From the IMG/VR virus record IMGVR_UViG_3300003937_000247: 64,000 nt of DNA, one strand, 5' to 3'. The first letter of the stretch is position 1, and the number at the start of each line of letters is the position of its first letter. The notes beneath the pieces are model-generated. The model was not told the DNA's origin and made no database searches. It saw nothing but the letters and a program-made list of their open reading frames with translations. Both the position numbers and the translations under genes were made by a program. The stretch comes from a virus. This document shows, piece by piece, positions 1-11,446 of this stretch.

Positions 1-1578
1 ACAATTTCAACTGATGGTACATTATATAGTGAAGATGATAATATAACTTTGAGTGGTGGTGGTACAGGTGGAACTTTAAAAGTAGGAACAATAGGTCCAG
101 GTTCAATAGACGAAGTAATTGTAAATAGTGGTGGTAGTGGTTATGCTGTAGGTGATGTTGTAAATTTTGGATCAGGTAATGCAGCTGCAAAAGTTTCAGT
201 TGTAAGTGGTGGTGTTACACTTGAAAGTGGTACAGGTACTGGTCAACTAGTTTTAGAAGATGAAACAGGTAAAGAAGATCAATATTTTGGCGATAAGGTT
301 GTACAAGAAAGTGGTACAGGTAATGCTGATATAACAGATATTAGAATGATAGATATTGGTAATGGTTATACCTCTTTACCAGCTTTAACAGTTACCTCAT
401 CAGGAGGAACAGGTGCAAAACTTTTAGCATATGGTTCAGAAATTGGTCGTGCATTAACAATAAATGTAATTGAGTCTGGATATAATTATCAACAAAGTCC
501 AGCACCAACAATTGTTTTACCAACGTATATTTTATATACAGCCCTTTCAGGAGGATTTACAGCTTTAGAAACAGTTACAGGTGGAACAAGTAGCAAAACT
601 GCAACAGTAGTATCAATAGACACAGATTTAAATATTTTAAAACTTAAAAACGCAAGTGGCGCCTTTACACAAGGAGAAACAATAACTGGTAGTGGTGGTG
701 GAACAATTTCTGCAACAAGATTAGAACAAGCAACTGGTACAGTATCCATATCACCAGTTGTAACTACAGATGGTAGTTTCATTAATGAAGATGGTTTTTT
801 ATCTGATAACGCAATGAAAGTACAGGATAGTTTAAAGTACCAAGATTATTCATATATTATAAAAGTAGGTAGATCAATTAATGAATGGAGAGATAGTTAT
901 ATTAAAACTTTACACTCTGCTGGTTTTTATTTTCAAGGTGAGATTACAATTGAAACACAATTGGATGCTCAGATTAAAAGAATAACAGGAATGAACTCTG
1001 GTATAACAGAAATAATAAAATCTGTTATTACAAGAATGTACTCAAAACTTATTGGTCGTAGATTAGGAACTGAAACAGACGGTACTAGTTTAAGATCAAA
1101 TGCTAATGCTGTTGTTTCTGCTGATTTTGATACAGATACAATTACACAATTTGATAGAACAACAAGAGATTTAACTTTAAAATCGCCAGCAATAGGAATA
1201 GATTATGTAAGTAGAGTTAGAAGAAACATACAACCTGCGTCTGGTAATGCAATAAATGTAAGACAAGGTTTTGCATATGCTGGGCCAAGATTTGGTGTAT
1301 TAAATAAATTTATTAATACTGCATTTGGTATTACTGCAAACAATACTTTTAGTAAAAGTGGTATAACGTTTGCTGTATTAAGTGGTATCAAAGTACAAGG
1401 CACAAGAACATCATTAGATGGTTCAAATGCTATATTTTTGATGACTTCTTCAGAGGATGGAAGAAAACTTAAAACCAATTTTACAATACCTGCACAAGTA
1501 GGTGAAATAAATCAAAATTCTATGGATGAAACTATTACGTCTATGGATAGCACAAATGTTTCAATGGATGCAGGATAA
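1..1578 (+). CDS. Baseplate wedge protein, gp7-like (5'-truncated by window edge)
   Basis: Frame is open from base 1; Gly/Thr-rich GxGY repeats; 'KVQDSLKYQDYSYIIK...WRDSYIKTLHSAGF' matches the QDS.YYQ..SY...HPAG segment of marine T4-like gp7; lies upstream of gp8. Confidence 0.75.
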   Translation, partial: TISTDGTLYSEDDNITLSGGGTGGTLKVGTIGPGSIDEVIVNSGGSGYAVGDVVNFGSGNAAAKVSVVSGGVTLESGTGTGQLVLEDETGKEDQYFGDKVVQESGTGNADITDIRMIDIGNGYTSLPALTVTSSGGTGAKLLAYGSEIGRALTINVIESGYNYQQSPAPTIVLPTYILYTALSGGFTALETVTGGTSSKTATVVSIDTDLNILKLKNASGAFTQGETITGSGGGTISATRLEQATGTVSISPVVTTDGSFINEDGFLSDNAMKVQDSLKYQDYSYIIKVGRSINEWRDSYIKTLHSAGFYFQGEITIETQLDAQIKRITGMNSGITEIIKSVITRMYSKLIGRRLGTETDGTSLRSNANAVVSADFDTDTITQFDRTTRDLTLKSPAIGIDYVSRVRRNIQPASGNAINVRQGFAYAGPRFGVLNKFINTAFGITANNTFSKSGITFAVLSGIKVQGTRTSLDGSNAIFLMTSSEDGRKLKTNFTIPAQVGEINQNSMDETITSMDSTNVSMDAG

Positions 1579-1580
1579 TA

Positions 1581-1588
1581 TATAAATA
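1581..1588 (+). promoter_or_regulatory. T4-type late promoter TATAAATA
   Basis: Exact consensus, intergenic, just upstream of ATG 1602. Confidence 0.8.
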
Positions 1589-1601
1589 GTAAGAGAGAGA
1601 T

Positions 1602-2708
1602 ATGACAAAACAAGTAATAGACATAGGATCAGTAGCAAACGACGGAACAGGTAGTACTTTACGTGCGGCTGGCGATTTAGTTAACGATAATTTTAATGAA
1701 ATCTACACAGCAATTGGTGATGGCACTACTTTAACGAGTGGTTATATTACTGCAACAAGTACAACTACATTAACAAATAAATCACTAGATTTAGGCACTA
1801 ATACTTTCACAGGTTCATTAGCTGAATTTAATACAGCTTTGCAAAGTGATAGCTTCGTTAGTTTAACAGGATCTGAAACACTTACAAATAAGACTTTAAC
1901 AACACCAACAATTGCAGAAATAGATTCAGGTGCTGATATTATGCTTGACGCAACTGGCGATATTTTTTTAGACGCAGGTGGTAAAGATATTATTTTTAGA
2001 TATGACGGAGCTCAATTTGCTCTATTTACATCTTCAGGTGGTAACTTATTACTTCAATCAGGAACAACAACTGCAATAACTTTTACTGGTGCAAATGCTG
2101 CTTTTGCAGGTGATATATCTGCTGCTGGTGATCTTACGATTACAGGTGATTTAACAGTTAATGGAACAACAACTACTGTCAACTCTACAAATACTACTTT
2201 AGATGATAACTTATTAGAATTAAATAGTGGTGCTGGTTCAAATGCAAATGATACTGGTATTATTATGGAAAGAGGTTCTACTGGAGATAATGCAATTGTA
2301 GCCTGGGACGAGTCAGCAGACAAGTTCATTATGGGAACTACAACTGCAACTGCTTCAGATACAGGAAATCTCTCAATTACTGCAGCTACATTAGTTGCAA
2401 ATTTAGAAGGTACAGTAACAGGTAATGTTACTGGAAACGTATCAGGTAGTTCAGGATCAACAACAGGAAATGCCGCAACAGCAACATTAGCTACAGACGC
2501 AACAGGATTAGCAACAGGTCGTACACTTGCAATGACAGGAGATGTTGTATGGAATTCAGGAAGTTTTGACGGAACAGCAAATGTAACTGCAGCTGCAACA
2601 ATACAAGCGGGAGTCATCAGCTCAACTGAATTGGCTAGTGCTGTACAATTGGATATCGTAGATTCAAGTGGATCAACGGTAAAGACAATATTTGGTGCAG
2701 GAAATTAA
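1602..2708 (+). CDS. Fibre / baseplate-attached protein with gp9/gp10-type N-terminus
   Basis: N-terminal 'KQVIDIGSVANDGTGSTLRAAG...NDNFNEIY' motif; TLTNKT fibre repeats. Confidence 0.7.
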   Translation: MTKQVIDIGSVANDGTGSTLRAAGDLVNDNFNEIYTAIGDGTTLTSGYITATSTTTLTNKSLDLGTNTFTGSLAEFNTALQSDSFVSLTGSETLTNKTLTTPTIAEIDSGADIMLDATGDIFLDAGGKDIIFRYDGAQFALFTSSGGNLLLQSGTTTAITFTGANAAFAGDISAAGDLTITGDLTVNGTTTTVNSTNTTLDDNLLELNSGAGSNANDTGIIMERGSTGDNAIVAWDESADKFIMGTTTATASDTGNLSITAATLVANLEGTVTGNVTGNVSGSSGSTTGNAATATLATDATGLATGRTLAMTGDVVWNSGSFDGTANVTAAATIQAGVISSTELASAVQLDIVDSSGSTVKTIFGAGN

Positions 2709-2719
2709 ACAAAAATGAT

Positions 2720-2727
2720 TATAAATA
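2720..2727 (+). promoter_or_regulatory. T4-type late promoter TATAAATA
   Basis: Exact consensus upstream of gp8. Confidence 0.8.
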
Positions 2728-2745
2728 TAATTAAGGAATAGAAAA

Positions 2746-4242
2746 ATGCCAGCAATAATAACAAACAAATTTAGAATGAACAACGCTGAACAATTTGAGG
2801 AATCATTTTCAGAGGCGACCCCAACAGTTTACTACTTAGGAATAGGTAGAGCACAACCATTTGGTACTTTAACAAGACCAGACGGTAGAACAGATTACGA
2901 AGGTACAGAAACAACACCTACTACACCAGGAGATAGTGTATTAAATGAATTTAAAAACTATGATGATTTATTAGCCGCTAAGAAAATTACAAGTTCAGGT
3001 GTTAGTTATGTAATACCAAGAAGAAATTGGACAACAGGAACTACATACGATATATACAGACACGATTATGAGGAGTATATAACAGGAAGTACTTCAACAA
3101 AACAAACAGGTAATAGTGGTGCAACAACTTTGTTTGACTCAACTTTTTATGTACTAACTTCAGACAGAAATGTTTATAAATGTTTAGACAACGCAGGTAA
3201 CGCTACTTCAACAGATGAGCCAACAGGTACTTCAACTTCAGTTATAACAACTTCAGATAGTTATAAATGGAAGTATATGTACACTTTATCAGCTGCACAA
3301 CAAGCAAACTTTTTATCAACTGACTTTATGGCAGTTGGAACAGATTCAACTGTTTCAGCAGCTGCTGTTGATGGTGCTTTAGATATAGTAAAAATTAAAG
3401 CTGCAGGTTCAAGTTATACAGTTTCAGGTGGTGCAACATCAGGAACAATTACTGCTGTCCCTATAAGAGGAGACGGTTCAAGTGGTGTATGTTCAGTTGT
3501 ACTCACTTCAGGTGCCATTTCAGCTGTTACAGTAACAACTGCTGGAACAGGTTATACATCTGGTTATATTAGAAACGCTGATATTATTGCAGCTACAAAT
3601 GCTGGCGGTGCAGGATCAGGTGCTGAATTAGATGTAATTATTTCACCAAAAGGTGGACACGGTTTTAATTCTGTAGAAGAATTAGGTGGATTTTTTGTAA
3701 TGTTAAATACTTCTTTAGAAGGAACAGAAAGTTCAAACACAGGTGACTTTACAGCCGCAAATGATTTTAGAAAGATTACTTTAATTAAAAATCCTAACAA
3801 CGCAGCTGGTTCAGCTGCTTCTGCAACTACATTAAGAGGAACTTACGCTGTTAAGATTAATACCTCTCCAACTCCAGGCACATTTACTGCTGATGAAGAA
3901 ATTAATCAGGCAACAACTGGTGCTGTTGGTAAAGTAGTTGAATGGGATGCTACTAACAAAATTTTATATTATGTTCAGACAAGGCATAATGACGCTGGTG
4001 CTGATACTAATGGAAACGTTACTGCCTTATCAGGTGCGAATGTAATTACAGGACAAAGTTCAACTGCGACAGGTACTCCTGACGCTTCAACTCAAACTGT
4101 AAACAATGTTGCCTTTACTTCAGGATATGCACAACCAGAATTAGCACACGACTCTGGTGAAATCTTATATGTTGAAAATAGAACAAAGATCGCAAGAGCA
4201 ACTGACCAGACAGAAAATATAAAATTAATAATTGAGTTTTAA
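2746..4242 (+). CDS. gp8: Baseplate wedge subunit gp8
   Basis: 'MPAIITNKFR', 'VIPRRNW...YDIYRHDY', 'VYKCLDN', 'YKWKYMYT', C-terminal 'SGEILYVENR..I.RA.DQTENIKLIIEF'. Confidence 0.9.
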   Translation: MPAIITNKFRMNNAEQFEESFSEATPTVYYLGIGRAQPFGTLTRPDGRTDYEGTETTPTTPGDSVLNEFKNYDDLLAAKKITSSGVSYVIPRRNWTTGTTYDIYRHDYEEYITGSTSTKQTGNSGATTLFDSTFYVLTSDRNVYKCLDNAGNATSTDEPTGTSTSVITTSDSYKWKYMYTLSAAQQANFLSTDFMAVGTDSTVSAAAVDGALDIVKIKAAGSSYTVSGGATSGTITAVPIRGDGSSGVCSVVLTSGAISAVTVTTAGTGYTSGYIRNADIIAATNAGGAGSGAELDVIISPKGGHGFNSVEELGGFFVMLNTSLEGTESSNTGDFTAANDFRKITLIKNPNNAAGSAASATTLRGTYAVKINTSPTPGTFTADEEINQATTGAVGKVVEWDATNKILYYVQTRHNDAGADTNGNVTALSGANVITGQSSTATGTPDASTQTVNNVAFTSGYAQPELAHDSGEILYVENRTKIARATDQTENIKLIIEF

Positions 4243-4258
4243 AGAATAGAGGAGAAAA

Positions 4259-7200
4259 ATGCCAAGTCCAACTGATTTTAATGTCAGTCCTTACTATGAC
4301 GATTTTACAGAGTCGAAAAAGTTTCATCGGATTCTTTTTAGACCTGCGTTTGCTGTACAGGCTAGAGAATTAACTCAATCACAAACTCAAATACAGAATC
4401 AAATAGAAAGTTTATCTGATCACCTTTTTGATAAAGGTGCAATGATTATTCCAGGTGAAATTGGATATGATTTAAATTATTATGCTGTTAAATTAACATC
4501 TAAATCTGCTTCAACTTTAACCGATTATGTTGACACTACACTAACAGGTGGTACTTCAGGTGTTACTGCAAAAGTTGTAAATGCTGTTGTAACTGATGGT
4601 ACTGATCCAGATACATTATTTGTAAAATATATGAACACCGCTTCAGACGGTTCTACAATATCTTTTACTAATGGTGAAACATTAACATCTGATGGTTCTG
4701 GCAATCCAACAGTAGTTGTTGCTTCAACTGCAACAGGTTCAGCTGCACAAATTAAACAAGGTATCTATTACATTAATGGTTATCACGTTCAAGTATCTGC
4801 ACAAACATTAATACTTGACAAATATTCATCAACACCAAGTTATAGAGTAGGTTTAACAGTAACAGAATCTTTTGTTACTCCAGGTGATGACACTACTCTT
4901 AACGATAATGCTCAAGGGGTTTCAAACACAAATGCTCCTGGTGCTCATAGATTTAAAATATTATTAACACTTGCTAAAAAAGCATTAAACAGTACTGAAG
5001 ATAGTAATTTTTATGAATTATTAAGACTATCTAGTGGTGTTTTACAAAATCAAGTTAGAACAACTGATTATGCTGTATTAGAAGACACATTGGCTCGTAG
5101 AACATTTGACGAGTCTGGTGATTATGTTGTTAGACCATTTGATATAGATGTTAGAGAACATTTAATATCTGGAACAAATAGAGGAATTTATACAGGTGGA
5201 CAAGGTGGTGACGCTACTAAACTTGCAGTAGGATTTTCTCCAGGAAAAGCATACGTAAAAGGTTATGAAATTAATACTATATCTACAACATATGTTGATG
5301 TAGATAAGGCTAGAGATTATGATACACAAGGTAATTTTAATACAAGATTTGATGTAGGTAACTTTGTAAATGTAACAAACGTTTATGGTTCTCCAGACAT
5401 TGTTACTGCTTCAGGTGTTGAGGCATTTAAAGGTTTAACATTACACAATACAGCAACAAGTTCTCGTGGTACTGCAAACGCAGGAGCAAATTCAAACATA
5501 ACAACAATTGGTAGAGCAAAAACTAGAGGCTTTGAATATTCTTCTGGTACTGCTACGGGTAATATTTTTTCAAATGCAAGTATAACAAGTGCTGTTTATA
5601 AACACCATCTTTTTGATGTTGTTTTATTTACACACTTAAATATTACAACTGCTCAAGCATATTCAGATGGTGTAACTATAACTGGTGGCACTTCAGGTGC
5701 TACAGGTATTGTACAAGAATCTTCTACTGTAGAAAGTGCTACAATTACTGGTGCAACGGCAGCTAATCCTGTAGTTGTAACAGCTACAAATAAATTTAAA
5801 GAAGGTCAACAAATTACTATTACTGGTGTTGCTGGTATGACAGAATTAAATGGTAACGTTTATACAGTCAGAAATCCAACCTCATCAAACTTCCAATTAT
5901 ACGATACAGATGGAACTTCATCAATTAATGGTGGAAGTTATTCAGCATGGTCTAGTTCTTCTGGTGTTGCTACACACGGTGTTGTTATATTATCAAATGT
6001 ACAAGGTATATTCCAAGCAAGTGAATCAATTACAGATGGTTCTAGTGCTTCAACTATTCAAGCAAACGCTGTTGGATTAAAAGGTGTTACTACACACGAT
6101 ATATCTTCAGTAAAACAAATTGCAATGGCAGGAAGTCCAACATTTACTGCTGATACATCATTAGACGCTACAAGTGGTGACAATGCTACTTTAACTGGTA
6201 CATTATCAATTGCAAATAGTGGTACAGCTGTCACAGGTTTCAATACAAGATTTACAGACGAATTAAGAGTTGGAGATTCAATTTCATTTACAACGGATGC
6301 TGGGAGTTCTCTTACAAAAATTGTAGAAGCTATTATTAGTAATAGTTCTATCTCATTATTAGCTGCTGTAGGTGGTTCAGACGTATCAACAAAAACAATT
6401 GCTACAAGACGAAGAGCAAAAATGCAATCGCCTGAAAAAAATGTTTCTATATTTAAATTGCCATATGAAAATATTAAAACATTAAAAACTACTGTAAACA
6501 GTAATGTTTCAGATACAACTTATTCATTTAGAAAACACTCAATTACAACACTTACTGGAGATGGTATTGCTACTTTCTCTGCTGGTGTCAATGAAACTTT
6601 TGCTGATTTATCTGAAGGAGATTATACAATATCAATAACAAGTACAGGTGGTGGTGGAACAGGTGCTGTTGGAGATGTATTAAGTTTAACAGGTAACAAC
6701 CACGAAAGTTCTGCTATATTTGCATTGAACGGTGCTAAAACAACTTTAACTTTAGACTTTGGTGCCAACTATGCTGGACACGATATTAAAGCATTAGTAA
6801 CATTGCACAAAACAGTAGGTACTTCAAAAACAAAAACATTAAATGCAGCTTCAACTGTTGCAATTTCAACTCAAGCTACAATTGTAAGTGGCACTATTGG
6901 ATTAGCTAAGGCTGATGTTAAACAAATAAACAATGTTTATATGGCTGCTGACTTTAGTACTGCTGCTGATACATCTGATACAGATATTTCAAGTAGATTT
7001 GAATTAGATACAGGACAAAGAGATAACTTCTATGATATTGGAAGAATTAAATTAAAAACTGGTGAATTAACACCAACAGGTAGATTACTAGTTAACTTTG
7101 ATTATTACTCTCATAGTTCAGGAGATTATTTTGATGTTGATTCATATTCAGCAATAAGTTATACAGATATTCCTGCTTATACTTCATCTAATACAGGTGT

Positions 7201-10200
7201 TAGATATGAGTTAAGAGATAGTTTAGATTTCAGACCAAGAGTTGATGACGCTTCAACAATAGACGCTGGTGTACAAGATAGATCATTTGACGGATCAGGT
7301 GCTTCTGTAGTACAACCTATTAAATTTAGTTCAGACGTAAGGTCAGATTTTGAATATTATTTAGGAAGAGTTGATAAAGTATTTTTAGATAAAGATGGTA
7401 ATATGAAAATATTAAAAGGCGCTAGTTCAGTTGCGCCAAGAATACCAGGTACATTAGATAATGCTATGCACCTATACACTTTATTTTTACCTGCATACAC
7501 ATTAGATACTTCTGAAGTTGGTATAGAACACGTAGATAATAAACGATATACAATGAGAGATATTGGTAGAATAGAAAATAGAATTGAAACTGCTGAATAT
7601 TATACACAACTTTCATTATTAGAAACAGCTGCACAAACTTTACAAATACAAGACTCAAATGGTTTAGATAGATTTAAAAATGGTTTTGTAGTAGATAACT
7701 TTACAGGCCATAATATTGGTGATGTAGGTAATGGAGATTACAAAGTTGCTATAGATTATGCAAATGGAGAAATGAGACCAACATTCCACGAAGACGCTGT
7801 ACAATTAATTGAAAGAGATGAAGATGGTACTGCTCTAGTAGCTGCTGATAGAACAGACGCTAATTATCAAAAAACTGGAGACTTAATTACTTTACCTTAT
7901 ACTGAATCAACTTTAATAGACCAACCTTATGCAAGTAAGGCTATCAATGTAAATCCATTTGGAGTATTTACATGGATAGGTTCAATAGACTTAACACCTC
8001 CAGGTGATGAATGGAAAGAAACAGAAAGAGCACCAGAATTAGTTATAAACAATCCTAATGGAAGTTGGGATAACTTAACAAAAAATACTGGTAACTCTAG
8101 TACACTATCAGAATTCCCTATGTCAACAGTTTGGAACTCTTGGCAAGATACTTGGACAGGTAAGGCTGTTGAAACAGAAAGAAAAAGTGTAGGCACATAT
8201 GAGAAAAGAGGAGGCCACGGTTGGAGAGTTATGGCCAAAGAAGAAATTACAACTGCTCAACAAGTTTCACAAACAAGAACAGGTATAAGAGCTGTTGCAA
8301 TTCCTCAAACAGTAAGAACATCTATTGGAGATAGAGTTGTTTCAGTTGCATTTGTTCCATTTATTAGAAGTAGAACAATAACATTTAACGCAACAAGATT
8401 AAAACCAAATACAAGAGTTTATCCTTTCTTTGATAATGTTGATATATCTGCATATGTAACACCAGATGGTGGTTCATTAGGAGGCAATTTAGTTTCAGAC
8501 ACAAATGGTAAAGTAGAAGGTACGTTTGCTATACCAGATCCAAAAGTAAATGCAAATCCTAGATGGAGAACAGGTCAAAGATTATTCAGATTAACAAGTT
8601 CATCTACAAACAGTTTAACAAACGCTAATGTTGAAACAGCTGCAAACGTTGAATATGTTGCAAGAGGTTTATTAGAAACTGTAAGAGAAACTATACTTTC
8701 AAGTAGAGAAGCACGTGTAGAGATGAGAAGTGTTACTGAAAGTCAAACTATTACTAGAACATCTACAAGAACGGAAGAAAGACAAGTTGGATACCACGAT
8801 CCTTTGGCACAAACTTTTTTAATTGATGACGCTGGTGGTGTATTCGTAACATCTATTGATTTATTCTTTAGTACAAAAGATAGTAACATTCCAGTTACAG
8901 TACAAATAAGAGATGTTGTAAATGGTTATCCTGGACAAAAAATATTACCATTTTCAGAAGTTACAAAGAATCCAGGTGATGTTAGCGTAAGTACAGATGG
9001 TACTACTGCAACTAAATTTACATTCCTAAGTCCTGTTTACATACAAGCAAACGTAGAGTATTGTTTTGTCATAATGGCAAACTCACAAGATTATAATGCT
9101 TACGTAGCAAGAATAGGTGAAACATCATTAGATACAAATAGAACAATATCAGCACAACCTTACGCTGGTGTTTTATTTAAATCTCAAAATGGTATGACTT
9201 GGAGTGCTGAACAAAATGAAGATATGAAATTTAAATTAAGAAGAGCAGAATTTAGTCAAGTTACAGGTACAGTTACTTTAACAAATGATACTTTATCTAC
9301 AAGAGCACTTAAAAACAATCCATTAAGAACAACAAGCGGTTCTAAAGTTATTAGAGTATTCCATCCTAACCATGGTATGCACGGTACAAGTAATAACGTA
9401 ACAATTGCTGGTGTGGAAAGTGGTACTCTTAATGGTATTGCTCATTCAGACATTAATGGAACATATACAAGTATTTCAAACGTAACTTTAGATAGTTATG
9501 ATATAACTTCAGGAAGTTCATCAAACGCAAGTGCTAGTGGAGATGTTGGTAGTACTACTGTAACAGCAACACAAAACAGATTGTTTGATGTATTAAATTT
9601 AGGCGGTGTTCAAACAGTAACTTTACCAGATACAAATATAGACTATTACATAAGAACAGCTACAGGTAAATCTGTACACGGTTCTGAAACAGAATTTGCG
9701 TTAACAGCAAATGAAAGTAAACTTGCTGTAGTCAATAATGACAATATTGCTTTCCCAGCGCCTCAAATGGTTGCAAGTGAAATCAATGAAACAAATGAAA
9801 GTATTACAGGCGGTAAATCTTTCTATACAATTTTAGAATTAACAACATCAAATACTAAATTATCTCCTGTTTTAGATACTCAAAGAATGAGTGCATTTAC
9901 AATTCAAAGTAGATTAAATAATCCTAGTTCAAGTAATACACCTGACTTTGTTGCTGATACAGTTAAATCAGGAACATCATCAGCTGCTGTTTATTTAACT
10001 AAACCAATTATATTGGAAAATAATTCAAAAGCATTAGACATAAGATTAACTGCTAACATAAGATCAACATCCGAAGTAGAAATGTATTATAGAGTTTCAG
10101 GTACAGACAACGATACTCAATTAGATGATTTAAGTTGGACAGCATTTAATACAGATGGAAGTTCAGACGCTACTGTAACACCTGCTGAAGATGATACAAC

Positions 10201-10336
10201 ATTTAAAGAATACAAATATAGTGATAATGATATAAATGAATTTACATCATTCCAGCTAAAAATTGTAATGAAAGGAAGTAATTCTTCATATCCACCAGTA
10301 TTGAGAGATATGAGAGGAATTGCTCTGGCAGTATAA
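4259..10336 (+). CDS. VrlC-like (DUF4815) large virion structural protein
   Basis: 'FNVSPYYDDF...FHRILFRP...QARELTQ.Q', 'APGAHRFKI', 'LARRTFDESGDY', 'RFKNGFVVDNF', 'DPLAQTF'; typical position after gp8. Confidence 0.85.
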   Translation: MPSPTDFNVSPYYDDFTESKKFHRILFRPAFAVQARELTQSQTQIQNQIESLSDHLFDKGAMIIPGEIGYDLNYYAVKLTSKSASTLTDYVDTTLTGGTSGVTAKVVNAVVTDGTDPDTLFVKYMNTASDGSTISFTNGETLTSDGSGNPTVVVASTATGSAAQIKQGIYYINGYHVQVSAQTLILDKYSSTPSYRVGLTVTESFVTPGDDTTLNDNAQGVSNTNAPGAHRFKILLTLAKKALNSTEDSNFYELLRLSSGVLQNQVRTTDYAVLEDTLARRTFDESGDYVVRPFDIDVREHLISGTNRGIYTGGQGGDATKLAVGFSPGKAYVKGYEINTISTTYVDVDKARDYDTQGNFNTRFDVGNFVNVTNVYGSPDIVTASGVEAFKGLTLHNTATSSRGTANAGANSNITTIGRAKTRGFEYSSGTATGNIFSNASITSAVYKHHLFDVVLFTHLNITTAQAYSDGVTITGGTSGATGIVQESSTVESATITGATAANPVVVTATNKFKEGQQITITGVAGMTELNGNVYTVRNPTSSNFQLYDTDGTSSINGGSYSAWSSSSGVATHGVVILSNVQGIFQASESITDGSSASTIQANAVGLKGVTTHDISSVKQIAMAGSPTFTADTSLDATSGDNATLTGTLSIANSGTAVTGFNTRFTDELRVGDSISFTTDAGSSLTKIVEAIISNSSISLLAAVGGSDVSTKTIATRRRAKMQSPEKNVSIFKLPYENIKTLKTTVNSNVSDTTYSFRKHSITTLTGDGIATFSAGVNETFADLSEGDYTISITSTGGGGTGAVGDVLSLTGNNHESSAIFALNGAKTTLTLDFGANYAGHDIKALVTLHKTVGTSKTKTLNAASTVAISTQATIVSGTIGLAKADVKQINNVYMAADFSTAADTSDTDISSRFELDTGQRDNFYDIGRIKLKTGELTPTGRLLVNFDYYSHSSGDYFDVDSYSAISYTDIPAYTSSNTGVRYELRDSLDFRPRVDDASTIDAGVQDRSFDGSGASVVQPIKFSSDVRSDFEYYLGRVDKVFLDKDGNMKILKGASSVAPRIPGTLDNAMHLYTLFLPAYTLDTSEVGIEHVDNKRYTMRDIGRIENRIETAEYYTQLSLLETAAQTLQIQDSNGLDRFKNGFVVDNFTGHNIGDVGNGDYKVAIDYANGEMRPTFHEDAVQLIERDEDGTALVAADRTDANYQKTGDLITLPYTESTLIDQPYASKAINVNPFGVFTWIGSIDLTPPGDEWKETERAPELVINNPNGSWDNLTKNTGNSSTLSEFPMSTVWNSWQDTWTGKAVETERKSVGTYEKRGGHGWRVMAKEEITTAQQVSQTRTGIRAVAIPQTVRTSIGDRVVSVAFVPFIRSRTITFNATRLKPNTRVYPFFDNVDISAYVTPDGGSLGGNLVSDTNGKVEGTFAIPDPKVNANPRWRTGQRLFRLTSSSTNSLTNANVETAANVEYVARGLLETVRETILSSREARVEMRSVTESQTITRTSTRTEERQVGYHDPLAQTFLIDDAGGVFVTSIDLFFSTKDSNIPVTVQIRDVVNGYPGQKILPFSEVTKNPGDVSVSTDGTTATKFTFLSPVYIQANVEYCFVIMANSQDYNAYVARIGETSLDTNRTISAQPYAGVLFKSQNGMTWSAEQNEDMKFKLRRAEFSQVTGTVTLTNDTLSTRALKNNPLRTTSGSKVIRVFHPNHGMHGTSNNVTIAGVESGTLNGIAHSDINGTYTSISNVTLDSYDITSGSSSNASASGDVGSTTVTATQNRLFDVLNLGGVQTVTLPDTNIDYYIRTATGKSVHGSETEFALTANESKLAVVNNDNIAFPAPQMVASEINETNESITGGKSFYTILELTTSNTKLSPVLDTQRMSAFTIQSRLNNPSSSNTPDFVADTVKSGTSSAAVYLTKPIILENNSKALDIRLTANIRSTSEVEMYYRVSGTDNDTQLDDLSWTAFNTDGSSDATVTPAEDDTTFKEYKYSDNDINEFTSFQLKIVMKGSNSSYPPVLRDMRGIALAV

Positions 10337-10560
10337 TGAGTATTAAAGTTAGAGTTGAAGGATTTACAGGACTTATAAGAGATACACATTCTAACGCAAT
10401 CGTAAATGTAAACAAATCTGATTATGAATTGTATATGTTAAGACATAAAAGTAGAGAAAGACAAAGTGACGTGTTAAGAGATACAGTAAAAGAAATAAAT
10501 ACTTTAAAACAAGAATTGAAAGAAATTAAAAAGTTATTACAAGGAGTAATTAAAAACTAA
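10336..10560 (+). CDS. Small conserved protein with C-terminal coiled coil
   Basis: Translationally coupled (TAATG); 'LIRD..SNAIVN' start; heptad-like C-terminus. Confidence 0.7.
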   Translation: MSIKVRVEGFTGLIRDTHSNAIVNVNKSDYELYMLRHKSRERQSDVLRDTVKEINTLKQELKEIKKLLQGVIKN

Positions 10561-11393
10561 TGGCTGCAAGACAGATAACACAAACGCAAACACTAGAAGA
10601 CTTTAGAACACAGTTTAATGCTCTATCGGCAACTGACTTTGGTGATATTGCTACACTTGACTCTGGTCTTTCTGCAACGTCTGTAATAGGCGCTGTAAAT
10701 GAATTATATGCAGCTATTGCTGGTGCATTATCATTTACACTTTCAGATGGTTCAAATACTCAAACTCTTGTAAATGGAAATACATTATTATTTAATGGTA
10801 CAGCAAATCAAATTACAACAACAGTAGCAGCAACAGATAAAGTAACTGTAGCATTAACTGAAGATGTAACAATTGCTGGGGAATTTATTGCTTCAGGTAC
10901 TGGTGCTCACAAATTAGGAACAATTCAAACGTATGGTAATACAATTTCATCAACAGACGCAACTACAGTTACAATAGATGACAATTTAACACTTTCTGCT
11001 GGTAAAACATTAGTAGCAGATATTATATCAAGTTCACAATCATATGTGTCTTTTGGTGCAAAAAATATATCAACTAGTGGGTACTTCTATACAGAAGCTG
11101 CAACAGGTGGTATCATATTTGAAGGTGCAACAGCAGACGCACACGAAACAAACGTTAGAGTAGTAGATCCTACAGCAGATAGAACAATTACTCTACCTGA
11201 TGAAACAGGTACTGTTATAACAACTGGCAGTTCTGCCGCTATAACAGGTGCAATGATAGCACTAAATACAGTTGCAGAAGCTAATATGGCAGATGACTCT
11301 ATTGGTCAGGATCAACTAAAAAGTGTAGTAACCTTACAGATTATAGACTCTGGAGGTACAGTAGTGAAGACAATGTACGCTGCTGGGGCATAG
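10560..11393 (+). CDS. Short fibre / collar-type virion protein
   Basis: 'TLEDFRTQFN' N-terminus; 'FEGATADAHET...DPTADRTITLPD' fibre module shared with the 34-48 kb fibres. Confidence 0.65.
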   Translation: MAARQITQTQTLEDFRTQFNALSATDFGDIATLDSGLSATSVIGAVNELYAAIAGALSFTLSDGSNTQTLVNGNTLLFNGTANQITTTVAATDKVTVALTEDVTIAGEFIASGTGAHKLGTIQTYGNTISSTDATTVTIDDNLTLSAGKTLVADIISSSQSYVSFGAKNISTSGYFYTEAATGGIIFEGATADAHETNVRVVDPTADRTITLPDETGTVITTGSSAAITGAMIALNTVAEANMADDSIGQDQLKSVVTLQIIDSGGTVVKTMYAAGA

Positions 11394-11405
11394 ACTTAAA
11401 AGATG

Positions 11406-11446
11406 TATAAATATATTATGGATATAGGTGAAAGAATTTATAAATA
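11406..11446 (+). promoter_or_regulatory. Two T4-type late promoters (11406-11413 and 11439-11446)
   Basis: Two exact TATAAATA boxes in the intergenic gap before 11513. Confidence 0.75.
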
